A stretch of 64,000 bases of DNA from Trichormus sp. ATA11-4-KO1 (GCA_019358915.1 JAHHIM010000036.1:192001-256000), one strand, 5' to 3'; shown: positions 10,790-21,328, counted from the first letter of the stretch. Notes: a model not told the origin generated them from the letters alone. Numbers and translations are program-made.

Positions 10790-12385
10790 ATGGCGATTGC
10801 GATCGATTTTGGTACTAGTAACACGGTTATTGCTCGTTGGAATCCCATAACCCAGCAGCCGGAAACCTTGAACATACCTGGTTTATCAATTCAGCAAAGT
10901 CTCAATCCCCCACTGATTCCCAGCCTTGTTTATATAGAAGAAGCCACACAAGGTAAAGTCTTAGTAGGGCAACAAGTGCGCGATCGCGGTCTTGACATCA
11001 AAGGCGAAGCGCGATTTTTTCGCAGCTTCAAACGAGGTATTGGTGCAGATATCCCAGGTTTCTTACCAGAAATAGACGGGCAAGTTTTCACCTTTGAGCA
11101 AGTAGGGCAATTGTTCCTCACTCAAGTAATTGAGCAACTTGCACCCATGCAAGGAGGTTTAGATTCTCTCATCTTAACAGTACCCGTAGATAGCTTTGAA
11201 GCTTATCGTCACTGGTTAGGCAAAGTCTGTCAAGCCCTCCCTGTGGAAAAAGTACGGATGCTAGATGAACCCACAGCCGCCGCTTTAGGTTATGGTTTAG
11301 CAGACCAAGAAATTCTCTTGGTAATTGACTTTGGCGGCGGTACTTTAGATTTATCCCTCGTGCGCTTGGATCAAAGCGTACAAACCACCAAGCCTGTAGG
11401 TTTTCTCCTCAAATGGGGAAATAAATCCCTGGCGGAAAACTCCCAGCAAAAACCAAAAATAGCCCGTGTACTAGCCAAAGCCGGGCAAAATTTAGGCGGT
11501 ACCGATATTGATAATTGGTTAGCAGATTACTTTGCCAAAACTCAAGGACTAGCGGTAAGTCCCTTGACTATCAGATTAGCAGAACGAGTAAAAATTCAGT
11601 TATCGACTCAAAACCAAGCTAGTGAAGTTTATTTTGACGATGAAAACTTTGAAAGCTATGAACTGGAACTCAACCGCGAAGCTTTAGAAAATATCCTCAA
11701 AGAACACGGATTTTTTGCACAACTAGATGAGTCAATGACGAGTCTATTACAGCAAGCGCGACGCCAGGGAATAGAACTTGCAGACATCAACGCCGTTTTA
11801 TTAGTTGGTGGAACTGTGCAATTACCCGCAGTGCAAACATGGGTGAAGCAGTATTTTGAGCCAGAAAAAATCCGTTGTGAACGTCCCTTTGAAGCGATCG
11901 CCCAAGGTGCATTACAGTTAGCCCAAGGCGTGGAAATCAAAGATTTTCTCTACCATAGTTATGGTGTCCGCTATTGGGATCGTCGCAACCAGCGCCACAG
12001 TTGGCATTCCATTATTAAAGCCGGACAAGCCTACCCCATGACTCAGCCAGTGGAATTAGTCTTAGGTGCATCTTTAGAAAATCAACCCAGCATTGAATTA
12101 ATTATGGGGGAATTGGGAGCAGAAACAGGCAGCACCGAAGTTTATTTTGATGGCGATCGCTTGATTACTCGTCGTCTAGAAGCAGGTACAACCAGCGTTA
12201 AACCCCTCAACGATCAAGCAGGTGCAAGAACTATAGCTCAACTGACACCACCAGGATATCCCGGAAGCGATCGCATTAAAATTCTTTTTCAAGTTGATGA
12301 CCAGCGTTTTTTGCGAATCACCGTTGAGGACTTGTTGACTAATGACACGCTTTTAGAAAATCGACTTGTAGCACAGTTGAGTTAG
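10790..12385 (+). CDS. Hsp70/DnaK-family protein (cyanobacterial DnaK-like, short C-terminus)
   Basis: IAIDFGTSNT, DEPTAAALGYG, VIDFGGGTLD, LLVGG motifs. Confidence 0.88.
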   Translation: MAIAIDFGTSNTVIARWNPITQQPETLNIPGLSIQQSLNPPLIPSLVYIEEATQGKVLVGQQVRDRGLDIKGEARFFRSFKRGIGADIPGFLPEIDGQVFTFEQVGQLFLTQVIEQLAPMQGGLDSLILTVPVDSFEAYRHWLGKVCQALPVEKVRMLDEPTAAALGYGLADQEILLVIDFGGGTLDLSLVRLDQSVQTTKPVGFLLKWGNKSLAENSQQKPKIARVLAKAGQNLGGTDIDNWLADYFAKTQGLAVSPLTIRLAERVKIQLSTQNQASEVYFDDENFESYELELNREALENILKEHGFFAQLDESMTSLLQQARRQGIELADINAVLLVGGTVQLPAVQTWVKQYFEPEKIRCERPFEAIAQGALQLAQGVEIKDFLYHSYGVRYWDRRNQRHSWHSIIKAGQAYPMTQPVELVLGASLENQPSIELIMGELGAETGSTEVYFDGDRLITRRLEAGTTSVKPLNDQAGARTIAQLTPPGYPGSDRIKILFQVDDQRFLRITVEDLLTNDTLLENRLVAQLS

Positions 12386-12406
12386 ATCAGAGACTGGGGA
12401 CTGGGG

Positions 12407-12579
12407 CAGGGCTGATTCGTTCCCTAAAAGGGTTAAAATTGCAAGGGCAAATCCACAATTAAGACCGAAAATTTTGGCATCTTCAGTCCGAAATACCTGA
12501 TTTTTCTTTGCGTCTTTGCGCCTTTGCGTGAGATTATCCTCTTGACAAATCTCCAACACAAGCGAATGAAACAGCCCTG
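12407..12579. mobile_element. 173-bp MITE, copy 1 (CAGGG ends, ISAs1-like)
   Basis: TIRs CAGGGCTGATTCGTTC / GAATGAAACAGCCCTG; exact 10-bp direct repeat GGGACTGGGG on both flanks (12397-12406, 12580-12589); interior matches copy 2 at 28296. Confidence 0.9.
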
Positions 12580-12630
12580 GGGACTGGGGTGGAGTTTATT
12601 CATAATGACCAACGACCAAAGGTAAAGGTT

Positions 12631-12831
12631 ATGTTAACACTTGAACAAATTGAAGCCGCTATCCTCAAACTCCCACCTGATAAATTTCAAATACTGATGG
12701 AATGGTTTTTGAACTTAGATTATCAGCGATGGGACGAACAATTAGAGAAAGATATTGCTGACGGTAAGTTAGATGCTCTTGCTCAAGAGGCTATCTCCGA
12801 TTTTGAAGTAGGTAACTATCGAGCAATTTAA
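12631..12831 (+). CDS. Putative type II antitoxin (small acidic protein)
   Basis: MLTLEQIEAAILKLPPDKFQILMEWF...WDEQLEKDIADGKLDALAQEAI pattern; its stop overlaps the next ATG (TAATG). Confidence 0.7.
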   Translation: MLTLEQIEAAILKLPPDKFQILMEWFLNLDYQRWDEQLEKDIADGKLDALAQEAISDFEVGNYRAI

Positions 12832-12881
12832 TGCACTACACAACTCGCCGATTTTGGGAGTGTTATGGTTCAGTTACTTAG
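12831..12881 (+). pseudogene. Truncated RelE/ParE-like toxin remnant
   Basis: ATG coupled to the antitoxin stop; encodes MHYTTRRFWECYGSVT then TAG, resembling the 'H.TT.RFW.CY' N-terminus of cyanobacterial RelE/ParE-like toxins. Confidence 0.55.
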
Positions 12882-12928
12882 AGATAGAAATTATAACTAA
12901 TTAGGCCGATATAAGAGGCGTTTCTAAT

Positions 12929-13828
12929 TCACATCAGGGTATTCAAAACCCCCTGATCTGCGTCTAATGTTGCCAATACACCAACTGGTAAAGCTGCATT
13001 AGGATTGCCATGACCAAAGGGTAAAGCGGAAACAATGGGAATGCCTAAATCACCCAAGCGATCGCGTAGTACTTCTGCAACACTAAAACTAGGTACATTT
13101 GGCGGTGGTTCGCAATGAGTAAAGCTACCCAAGGCAATACCACGAACTTTTGACAAAACGCCACTTAAACGCCACTGCGTTAACATTCGGTCAATTCGAT
13201 AGGGTGCTTCTGTAACATCTTCCCAGGCCAAAATTACATTATCTAAATTTGGTTGGATGGATGTAGCTAAAATATGAGTAGTCACCGTGAGATTACCTGG
13301 TAGTAACAGACCAGTAGCCATCCCACCGCCCCAACCACAACCTTTGAGAGGAGCGAGAGGGCGGCCTTCTACAAAATCGAATAATCGCTGAATTGACCAA
13401 TCTGTTTCCTCTGCTAAAGTAGTCAGCACAGGAGCATGAACGCTGGCAATCCCTGCTTTATAAAGACTCCACAACAAAGCAGTAATATCAGAAAACCCAA
13501 TTAGCCATTTTGGTGGGACAGAATTGGTGTGCCAAGTCCAATTTTCTAAAATGCGGGTGCTACCAAAACCACCCCTGGCACAGAGGATACCACGACAATC
13601 TGGATCTTCCCAGGCTGCGGCTAACTGTTGGCGACGATTTTCATCTTTTTCAGCTAAATATCCCCATTTCTCACCTACCTTGGGCATGACTTCTACTCGA
13701 TAACCACGCGATCGCCAAATTTCCACACTCCGTCCAAATGCCTCAAATTCTCGCAAAGCACCACTAGGGGCAATTACTCGGAGTAAGTCACCAGGTTGGA
13801 GGGGTGGGGGTAATATTTTGGATTTCAT
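12929..13828 (-). CDS. ldcA: LD-carboxypeptidase (peptidase S66 family)
   Basis: VIAPSG, ARGGFG, GFSDIT (catalytic Ser), GNL, EDV.E, FGHG motifs. Confidence 0.88.
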   Translation of the reverse strand: MKSKILPPPLQPGDLLRVIAPSGALREFEAFGRSVEIWRSRGYRVEVMPKVGEKWGYLAEKDENRRQQLAAAWEDPDCRGILCARGGFGSTRILENWTWHTNSVPPKWLIGFSDITALLWSLYKAGIASVHAPVLTTLAEETDWSIQRLFDFVEGRPLAPLKGCGWGGGMATGLLLPGNLTVTTHILATSIQPNLDNVILAWEDVTEAPYRIDRMLTQWRLSGVLSKVRGIALGSFTHCEPPPNVPSFSVAEVLRDRLGDLGIPIVSALPFGHGNPNAALPVGVLATLDADQGVLNTLM

Positions 13829-14185
13829 GAATAATTTACTAGTAGTAAAAATTACAGATAGGCAAAAAGTGAGGAGTTAGCAATAAAAACCATAACTCAT
13901 ACTCACAACTTTACCCAATATGTAGATTTGTAAACTGATTTTGGGAATACTAAATATGGCAATATTGCTAGTTTTAACGTGAGTTCGACAACAAAAACCC
14001 CTCTCCTGCAAGGAGGAGCCACTGCGTTGCGCGGGTTCCCCCCGTTGTAGCAAGTGGCGTTAGAGGCTTTGAAACCCACGAGACTTCCAGTCGCCGGGTG
14101 CAAAACATCAATAAACAACCATTTTGGTGGTTGTTTGGGGCGAGTAGCAGAATAAATATTACCTGAAAGGCAAAGGATTGAGATT

Positions 14186-15547
14186 ATGCTGGCTATACAT
14201 AGCATGACAAATGCTCATGAGCTAAATCTGCGATTAGAGTCAACTTTGCAAGATTTACCAGTGTGGAAGGTTCAGATTGAGCTAGATCGCCCAGTAAATG
14301 AATTGACTACACTTTTTGAGCAAGAGCCTTTACTCCCAGGAATTCTCTTAAATAGAGATAATCATTATGTAGGGATGATGTCGCGGCAGAGATTTTTTGA
14401 GCATATGAGTCGCCCTTACAGTTTTGGACTGTTTTCTCAGCGACCGATCCAACATCTCTATAATTTCCTTGATCCAGAAATATTTATCCTGCCTGGGGAT
14501 ATACCCATTGTAGAAGCAACTCAGATGGCATTGGCGCGATCGCCCCAACTTGTCTACAGTCCGATTGTTGTGACTGCTCAATCTGAAACGCCTGGATTAG
14601 TCGATTTTCATCAGTTACTATTAGCCTACTCCCAAATTTATGCTTTAACACTGACTCAACTACAGCATGTAGAGGAACAATCCAAAGTAGCTAAGGCAGG
14701 TTTTCGTGATCTTCAGCACAACTATAGCCGATTATTACAAAATGAAAAAATGGCAGCTTTGGGTCAGTTAGTTGCCGGTATTGCCCACGAAATCAACAAT
14801 CCTGTTAATTTTATTGCTGGTAACCTTGTCCATGCTATCAACTACAGTCAAGACCTCCTCAAACTCATCAGTCTGTACAGACAGCATGATCCTCATCCAG
14901 CAGCAGAAATTCAAAGTGTATCTACGGAAATTGAACTAGAATTTTTAACAACTGATCTGCCTCGTCTGCTTAATTCTATGCAAATTGGCTGCGATCGCAT
15001 TGAGCAAATCGTGCGATCGTTACGAAATTTCTCCCGCCTTGATGAAGCTGAGAAAAAAACAGTTGATATCCATGAAGGTATTGATAGTACCTTGCTAATT
15101 TTACAAAGTCGCTTCAAAAATCACAAAACTAGTGAGAACATTAGCCTGGTCAAGGAATACGGAACTCTTCCTTTGGTAGAATGCTATCCTGGGTTACTCA
15201 ATCAGGTATTTATGAATATCCTGAGTAATGCCATAGATGCTTTAGAAGAATCAATAGCCAATGGTAAAAAAACGGACAATCCAGCGATTGAGATTCGTAC
15301 TCAAGTTATTGGCAGGAATTGGATAGCAATTCATATTAGCGATAATGGCCCAGGCATTCCAGAGAACATAAAAAAGCGATTATTTGATCCATTTTTTACG
15401 ACTAAACCCGTGGGTAAAGGAACTGGCTTAGGACTATCCATCAGTTATCAAATTGTGGTTGAAAAACATGGTGGACAGCTACATTGCATATCTAGTCTGG
15501 GTCAGGGAACGGAGTTCATTATTAAAATCCCAGTTACAAAGGAATAG
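14186..15547 (+). CDS. Cytoplasmic sensor histidine kinase (N-terminal CBS-like region, HisKA, HATPase)
   Basis: LGQLVAGIAHEINNP, NQVFMNILSNAIDA, DNGPGI, FFTTKPVGKGTGLGL; start may be the ATG 18 nt downstream. Confidence 0.88.
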   Translation: MLAIHSMTNAHELNLRLESTLQDLPVWKVQIELDRPVNELTTLFEQEPLLPGILLNRDNHYVGMMSRQRFFEHMSRPYSFGLFSQRPIQHLYNFLDPEIFILPGDIPIVEATQMALARSPQLVYSPIVVTAQSETPGLVDFHQLLLAYSQIYALTLTQLQHVEEQSKVAKAGFRDLQHNYSRLLQNEKMAALGQLVAGIAHEINNPVNFIAGNLVHAINYSQDLLKLISLYRQHDPHPAAEIQSVSTEIELEFLTTDLPRLLNSMQIGCDRIEQIVRSLRNFSRLDEAEKKTVDIHEGIDSTLLILQSRFKNHKTSENISLVKEYGTLPLVECYPGLLNQVFMNILSNAIDALEESIANGKKTDNPAIEIRTQVIGRNWIAIHISDNGPGIPENIKKRLFDPFFTTKPVGKGTGLGLSISYQIVVEKHGGQLHCISSLGQGTEFIIKIPVTKE

Positions 15548-15748
15548 GGCATTGGGAGTAGGAAATTTCAAGCTTTTCAATTGCCAATGCTTGACACGCA
15601 GTTCCTGATTACGAATTATAAATTGGTATAAAATACTCTTTAAGTTCGTAGTGAGTGCTTTAGCGCTCAAAATCAACGTTTTCCAGGTTAAAGCCACTTA
15701 ACTACATATTGCTCTTTATATGTATATCTACTACCTAGTGAAAATCTT

Positions 15749-16204
15749 ATGATTAAAGCATTGCAAATCAGTATGCTGCTAGTTGCAGTTTGGGGAAACT
15801 TGGCATGGTCATCTAGCGCTAGGGCAAATTTCCGGGGTAACCTCACCGTAGACATTGATGGATTCAAAAACCCACAAGGACAAGTTTGTGTCAGTGTATT
15901 TTCTAGCAGTCAAGGTTTTCCCAATGATCGCGATCGCGTATTAAAAAGGCAGTGTACCCAGATTACTGATAAATCTTTGCAAATGACCTTTGATAATTTG
16001 CAAGCTGGTAATTACGCCGTCGCCGTCATCCACGACCAGAATAAAGACCAAATCCTCAATCGTAATAACCTAGGTATGCCCACCGAAGGTTTTGGATTTT
16101 CCAGAAATCCAGAAGTTCGTACCAGTCCTCCCAAGTTCAGCGATGCCGCTTTTTTGTTGGCAGGGCCAAATACAGTCATTAAAATCCAGTTGAAATACTT
16201 ATAA
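15749..16204 (+). CDS. DUF2141-type secreted protein
   Basis: Signal peptide; GNYAVAVIHDQNKD...GMPTEGFGFSRNP motif. Confidence 0.8.
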   Translation: MIKALQISMLLVAVWGNLAWSSSARANFRGNLTVDIDGFKNPQGQVCVSVFSSSQGFPNDRDRVLKRQCTQITDKSLQMTFDNLQAGNYAVAVIHDQNKDQILNRNNLGMPTEGFGFSRNPEVRTSPPKFSDAAFLLAGPNTVIKIQLKYL

Positions 16205-17380
16205 ATTTTCTTGTTCTGGCTCTTTTTCAGTATCTTCCGGGAGACTTTTTCGAGTGGGTAAACTACGCATTCTATTCATCTGAGTTAGAGCATATTTTGC
16301 TGTTGTCTGCACGTCAGCATCAGGATCATCTAGGGCGTGGGACAACATCTGGCTCATTTGCGTCATCATGTCATAAACACGAGTCAGATCACGAATGGCG
16401 TTTTGTCGCACTTGTGGACTTTCATCTTGCAACGAGATTGCCAAAGCCCGATTCATTGGCTTGAGTGAGCGGGCGTTAATCTCTGCCAAAGCTGCCAAAA
16501 TTAGACTGCGTTGTTGAGAATCAGCATCAATCATCAAGTCTACCAATGGCTGAATTGCCCGTGAGTCTCCCTGCTGACCCAAATCCCAAATAGCCTTACG
16601 CCGCTTTGTTGGATCAGTACTGCGTAAGTCCTGAATCAATTCGTCAACGATATTCAGTTTGGGCAGACGAGAAGTATGATCTGGTGGCAATACTGAAGCA
16701 GTAATTGATGTTTGTGCTGTTTTTGGATTGGTTACAGATGCTGTATTTTCCTGCGGATTGGATAAAGTGTCTAATTCTAATGGCGGCTTAATCTGGTCTT
16801 TGTCAGCCGGACTCAACGCTTTGAGTTCTGGGTTTGTGGATTCTGGGTCTTGTGGAATCTGACGATACCATCTCAATAGAAACAGGAATGCGCCAATACT
16901 TCCCAGAATTCCCAGACCAAGCAGTGACCACCAAATTAAACCTCTCTGGTTTGACTCAGGCTGGGCAGTTGGTTGAGTATCTGAAGTTAAAGAGGAGACG
17001 TTAGGAGAGATGACAACCTGATTTTTTGCTGCCCAAGCTGTTTGCAGATTGCGCCTAGTCGCCAAATCAGCAATACCATCTATTCTTCTTAAATTTTGGG
17101 CTTTTTGAAATTTAACTACCGCAATTTGCGTACTTGTGGCGTACACTCCATCAACTACATCATCGTAGTATCCTAATGCCTGTAATTGGGTTTGCAGTCC
17201 CTTGACATCCGCCCCTTGACTACCGGGTCTGAGAACAGACTGGATGGCAGGCATTGTCGAACTGGCTTGTGCAAGTTCTTGAGATGCTGGGTTAGGTGTG
17301 GCTGTACTTGCGCGAATCGGGTAAAAACCCCAGCAAGTCAAACAGGTAAATATCAGAATTGAGGAATGGCATAGCCTCAT
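16199..17380 (-). CDS. Peptidoglycan-binding domain plus transmembrane helix plus HEAT-repeat protein
   Basis: LRPGSQGADVKGLQTQL...DGVY...FQK (PG_binding_1), central hydrophobic helix, C-terminal HEAT repeats (AIWDLGQQGD, LQDESPQVRQNA). Confidence 0.82.
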   Translation of the reverse strand: MRLCHSSILIFTCLTCWGFYPIRASTATPNPASQELAQASSTMPAIQSVLRPGSQGADVKGLQTQLQALGYYDDVVDGVYATSTQIAVVKFQKAQNLRRIDGIADLATRRNLQTAWAAKNQVVISPNVSSLTSDTQPTAQPESNQRGLIWWSLLGLGILGSIGAFLFLLRWYRQIPQDPESTNPELKALSPADKDQIKPPLELDTLSNPQENTASVTNPKTAQTSITASVLPPDHTSRLPKLNIVDELIQDLRSTDPTKRRKAIWDLGQQGDSRAIQPLVDLMIDADSQQRSLILAALAEINARSLKPMNRALAISLQDESPQVRQNAIRDLTRVYDMMTQMSQMLSHALDDPDADVQTTAKYALTQMNRMRSLPTRKSLPEDTEKEPEQENL

Positions 17381-17615
17381 ATTTTCAGTTTCAGCCTGAA
17401 CGTGCTTTTGAAGTTATGGATACCACAATAACTTCAATATGTCTAAATGTTAACTTTTAAAGTAGCAAAAAAATCATCAGACTTTCTAATTAGGGGATGA
17501 ATAATTGCATTTTTTGAGATTTACCTCTTACTTGCTTGATATAGCTAGTGCAAAATCTCCAGCCCAGATTTTTTTTACCTGCAAGATGAGAGGATTTTAC
17601 CATACTCAGCACTCT

Positions 17616-18632
17616 TTATTTGTTAGCAGATGCTTCTAAAACTGGTGGTTGCTGTGTAGTTGTTTCTTGAACACTTACCTTGTTACTTGGCCCCGCCAAG
17701 GTGTCACGCTGGTTAATGAGATAGATACTAATTAAAGTCAGGCCAACTCCCACCCACTGCAAGGGACTGAGAACTTCTGAAAGGAAAAGATTACCGAAGA
17801 ATAGGGCAAAAATGGGTGTGAGAAACGTCAGGGAACTGAGACTAGTAAGACTACCACTAGACGCAAAGTAGAAAAACAACCCATAGGCGATCGCACTACC
17901 AAACACTGTGGCATAACCTAAAGCCAACCACTCAGATGTCACAATATTTGACCATTGCTGAGACTCCACAATTGATGAAATGCCCCACAACGGTAATCCA
18001 CCCACAATCATGTGCCATCCCGTAGCGGTTACCGGATCAGCATACCTACACACAAACCGGATCATTACTGTTCCTACAGCCATTGATAGGGCAGCTAACA
18101 GCATTAACCATTCGCCACTAGCCAACAAATCTTGCCAATTGCCCATGGTGGCATTTATCCCTGAATCGAAAATACGGAAAATCAACTCATCTGGCAAGCC
18201 AATTAAACTAATACCCGTGACTCCTAGTGCTAATCCCAGCCATCCCCAAAAACCAATATGTTCTTGGAATAACCACAACGACAGCAACGCCACAGCTAAC
18301 GGTTGGGAATCAATCATCACAGAACCCAACCCAGCACCAGTTCTGACTAATCCCTCTGCTAAAAAGCCCTGAAATAAAGCCCCATCTACCAAGGCAAATA
18401 AAGTAATCCACAGCCATGCAGCCCAACCCTGCGGCTGGGGTCTACCCATAAACGCTGCGACGATGAGAACTAACACCCCAGCTGGTAGTAAACGCACACC
18501 TGCCATAAATAAGGGTGTAGTGTGGGGTATCACTCCTTTCATCGCTACCATTGCCGTTCCCCACAGGAAAAAGGGGGCAATTAATAGTAGGGGGGTGAAG
18601 GAAAGTCGAAATGCACTGAGTTTCAGTTGCAT
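17616..18632 (-). CDS. DMT/EamA-family transporter
   Basis: About 10 TM segments, two EamA repeats (FLWGTAMVAMK...RLLPAG; TFLTPIFALFFGNLFLSE); ATG at 18632 preferred. Confidence 0.88.
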   Translation of the reverse strand: MQLKLSAFRLSFTPLLLIAPFFLWGTAMVAMKGVIPHTTPLFMAGVRLLPAGVLVLIVAAFMGRPQPQGWAAWLWITLFALVDGALFQGFLAEGLVRTGAGLGSVMIDSQPLAVALLSLWLFQEHIGFWGWLGLALGVTGISLIGLPDELIFRIFDSGINATMGNWQDLLASGEWLMLLAALSMAVGTVMIRFVCRYADPVTATGWHMIVGGLPLWGISSIVESQQWSNIVTSEWLALGYATVFGSAIAYGLFFYFASSGSLTSLSSLTFLTPIFALFFGNLFLSEVLSPLQWVGVGLTLISIYLINQRDTLAGPSNKVSVQETTTQQPPVLEASANK

Positions 18633-18790
18633 GGGTTTGCTGATGCCTTTGTTTAACAAATGCCAAAATTGCTTTACCCAATTTTACCGAATTATGTCGT
18701 TTTGTGAAGGAGAAAATACTTAATGGTAGTAGAAATTACAACTTATGTAAAGACCTACGTAAATACACTTAATTTATGATCAGATTTTCC

Positions 18791-18894
18791 GGCGTTGCAT
18801 ATTTGCGGGATGATTTTACTAGTTTTGTGCGATGGGCAGCGTTCGACTGAGCGCTGCCCACCCTAAGAGCATCATTTCTTGATTCAGCAACGCC
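18791..18894. repeat. Small element with GGCGTTGC...GCAACGCC inverted ends
   Basis: Inverted 8-bp ends with an internal GGGCAGCG...CGCTGCCC hairpin; related ends ATTAGCAACGCC and ATTAGCAACACC at about 39151 and 43678. Confidence 0.5.
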
Positions 18895-18921
18895 AATTTT
18901 ACTCCTACCCATCGCCTGGAT

Positions 18922-19263
18922 CTAGAGTGCAGATTGAATCATTTCTGCGTATTGTTTTTTAGGCTTCAAGCCCGCAATCTGTGCTAATGTTTGCTGCTGT
19001 TTCAGTAATACTACTGTAGGGGCACTTCTGACACCAAAATTAATAGCTAGTTCAGGTTCTTCGCTCATATCGAGTTCAACCAAGTGCAATTTACCTGTGT
19101 GAGCATCAGCTATTTGATGTAGTACAGGTTGAAGTGTTTCACAGGAAGGACAGTAGGGAGCCACAAACTTGACAATGATTAGCTGATCAGACTCTTGCAT
19201 CAACCATTCAAAAGCTGCTCGTCCTGTAAAGAAAGTTTGAGCCAGAGAAAAAGTCTCTTGCAT
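18922..19263 (-). CDS. Thioredoxin resembling the C-terminal Trx domain of NTRC (CPSC active site)
   Basis: ESDQLIIVKFVAPYCPSCETL...GVRSAPTV; AGGAG RBS before ATG at 19263. Confidence 0.85.
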   Translation of the reverse strand: MQETFSLAQTFFTGRAAFEWLMQESDQLIIVKFVAPYCPSCETLQPVLHQIADAHTGKLHLVELDMSEEPELAINFGVRSAPTVVLLKQQQTLAQIAGLKPKKQYAEMIQSAL

Positions 19264-19298
19264 ATTTATCTCCTGATAATTGTGATAAAAAACCCTGT

Positions 19299-20261
19299 TT
19301 AGGCAGCGAAAGTCACGAGCGATCGCTGCTCTGATAACCACCGTTCAGCTTCCAGGGCTGCCATACAACCTGTGCCAGCTGCGGTAATTGCCTGACGATA
19401 AATGTGATCTTGAACGTCTCCAGCCGCCCAAATGCCAGGGATATTGGTGGCTGTACTTTTACCCTGAGTTTTGATGTAGCCCGCTTCATCGAGTTCCAGT
19501 TGCTCCTGAAACAGCTGCGTGTTGGGGGTGTGTCCAATGGCGTAGAATAAACCACTTACGGCTAGCGCAGAAACTGCACCAGTGAGATTGTCTTGAACTT
19601 GGACGCAACGGAGGACGGCATCACCATCCACGCTAATAGGTGAACTATACCAATGGATGTGAATTTGGCTGTGATTGAATATGCGCTCCTGCATGGTCTT
19701 AGAAGCCCGCAGGCGAACGCTACGTACCAGTAAATGAACCTTACGGGCATACTTAGTTAAATATAAAGCTTCTTCCACAGCCGCATCACCGCCACCAACG
19801 ACAGCAATATCTGCATTCGCAAACAAAGGATTTGCCCCATCGCAAATTGCACAGGCGGAGATACCGTTATTCCAAAACTTATCCTCACCCGGCAAATGTA
19901 ATCTTTTGGCAGTTGCTCCCGTACAGATGATGAGAGCGCGAGCCTTAACTTCTAGCAAATCAGCAGAGGCTACAGCAAACGGGTATTGAGTAAAATCCAC
20001 AGCAATCACATCATCGGTGATCAATGTCGCACCCCAGCGCCTTGCCTGCTGGCGCATCTGCTGCATTAACTTTGGCCCTTGAACTCCTTCGGGGAAACCG
20101 GGATAGTTCTCTACCTCAGTGGTGGTCATCAATTGACCTCCGGGTATTCCCCCAGTACTGAAACCTTCAAATACCACGGGACTGAGTTGAGCGCGTCCCG
20201 CATAGATGGCGGCAGTATAACCAGCAGGGCCAGAACCAATAATCACCAGATTCTCGACCAT
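19299..20261 (-). CDS. trxB: NADPH-dependent thioredoxin-disulfide reductase (NTR)
   Basis: [54 protein letters not shown]...[10 protein letters not shown]. Confidence 0.93.
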   Translation of the reverse strand: MVENLVIIGSGPAGYTAAIYAGRAQLSPVVFEGFSTGGIPGGQLMTTTEVENYPGFPEGVQGPKLMQQMRQQARRWGATLITDDVIAVDFTQYPFAVASADLLEVKARALIICTGATAKRLHLPGEDKFWNNGISACAICDGANPLFANADIAVVGGGDAAVEEALYLTKYARKVHLLVRSVRLRASKTMQERIFNHSQIHIHWYSSPISVDGDAVLRCVQVQDNLTGAVSALAVSGLFYAIGHTPNTQLFQEQLELDEAGYIKTQGKSTATNIPGIWAAGDVQDHIYRQAITAAGTGCMAALEAERWLSEQRSLVTFAA

Positions 20262-20268
20262 GATTAAC

Positions 20269-21120
20269 CTAACCTCCCACGAACCATTGAGTGCCGGTAA
20301 ACAGGTAGTATGCCCCAGTCAGAATTAACGCCAAACTGCCAAAGCGGATAATTCCCTCGGAATGTTTTAACAACTGATTACTTTGTTTAGCCAGTCCCGT
20401 AAATAAACTCGCTAGGAAAATCAGCATAGTATAACCTAGAGCATAGCTAACCATTGTCAGCGTACCCAATACCTGGGAACCTGTTGCTGCGGCCGCCGCC
20501 AGCACTGCAAATAGCACTGGACTAGCACAAGGGGAACTCACCAGGGCAAAAGTCAACCCCACCCCATAAGGCCCAGCCTGAGGGAGATTCACATTCATTT
20601 CGGGTAGAGGCAGCTTTACCACTCCCATCAACCACAGACCCATCACAGCCATAATCAGTCCTACTACTATATTGATATAGCCCCGGTACTCTACCATTAC
20701 GGCTCCGGCAAAAGATGAAACCAAGCCAAACAAACTTAAAATTGTCACTGCTCCCAAGACAAACAAGCCAGCCTTAGCAAAAGCATCCCAACGTGATTTA
20801 ATTTTCAGTGTACCGATGTAACTGAGGTTAACTGGTAAAAGTGCCAAGATACAGGGTGATACACTAGCAAGCACCCCACCGATAAACGCCAAAGGCAACA
20901 AAACAAAGGGATTTGCCGTATTCTGTTGGTCAAACCACTGTTGATAACGGTTTTCGACAATCGAAATCACTCGTTCAATAGGATGACTAATTACAGGCCC
21001 CAGAGTAATTACCAGAATGAGGGAGAGCAATCCCAATCCACCATAGACTAGCCATTTTTTCGAGATTTTAGAGCGCCGGGAAGCTTTATGCTCAGTGGAC
21101 GACTGAGATGTTCGTGTCAT
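20269..21120 (-). CDS. ccdA: CcdA/DsbD-beta-type transmembrane electron transporter
   Basis: [11 protein letters not shown] and SSPCASPVL cysteine pair in a multi-pass membrane protein; extra N-terminal TM segment. Confidence 0.87.
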   Translation of the reverse strand: MTRTSQSSTEHKASRRSKISKKWLVYGGLGLLSLILVITLGPVISHPIERVISIVENRYQQWFDQQNTANPFVLLPLAFIGGVLASVSPCILALLPVNLSYIGTLKIKSRWDAFAKAGLFVLGAVTILSLFGLVSSFAGAVMVEYRGYINIVVGLIMAVMGLWLMGVVKLPLPEMNVNLPQAGPYGVGLTFALVSSPCASPVLFAVLAAAAATGSQVLGTLTMVSYALGYTMLIFLASLFTGLAKQSNQLLKHSEGIIRFGSLALILTGAYYLFTGTQWFVGG

Positions 21121-21328
21121 TAAGTTCTCCTTAAGCTATGAAGAGATGGAGTCATTTTATGTCCGTTCCCATACCCGTCATTGCGTTGGCGAACACCACT
21201 GAGATGCTCCATTTCACCTCGCAATAACAAAGGAGAAGGAATATAGCTAATACCAATTCGTCAAAATCCAGCAGATGAATCTGACAAACTTAATTACGCA
21301 TTACGAATTGGTACAAAGCCATCACTCA

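Noticed and set aside
12353..12559. 68-aa ORF (and its twin at 28227-28448) suggesting a duplicated small gene
   Set aside because: Both are read-throughs of the non-coding MITE, with no transposase similarity
12929..13828. Possible MccF-type microcin immunity gene indicating a RiPP cluster
   Set aside because: No precursor or adenylating enzyme nearby; a housekeeping LD-carboxypeptidase is the simpler call
13903..14205. 100-aa minus-strand ORF
   Set aside because: It crosses a hairpin-type dispersed repeat and a divergent promoter region, with no recognisable protein features
18745..18768. GTA...TAC motifs as a possible NtcA site
   Set aside because: Spacing does not match GTA-N8-TAC
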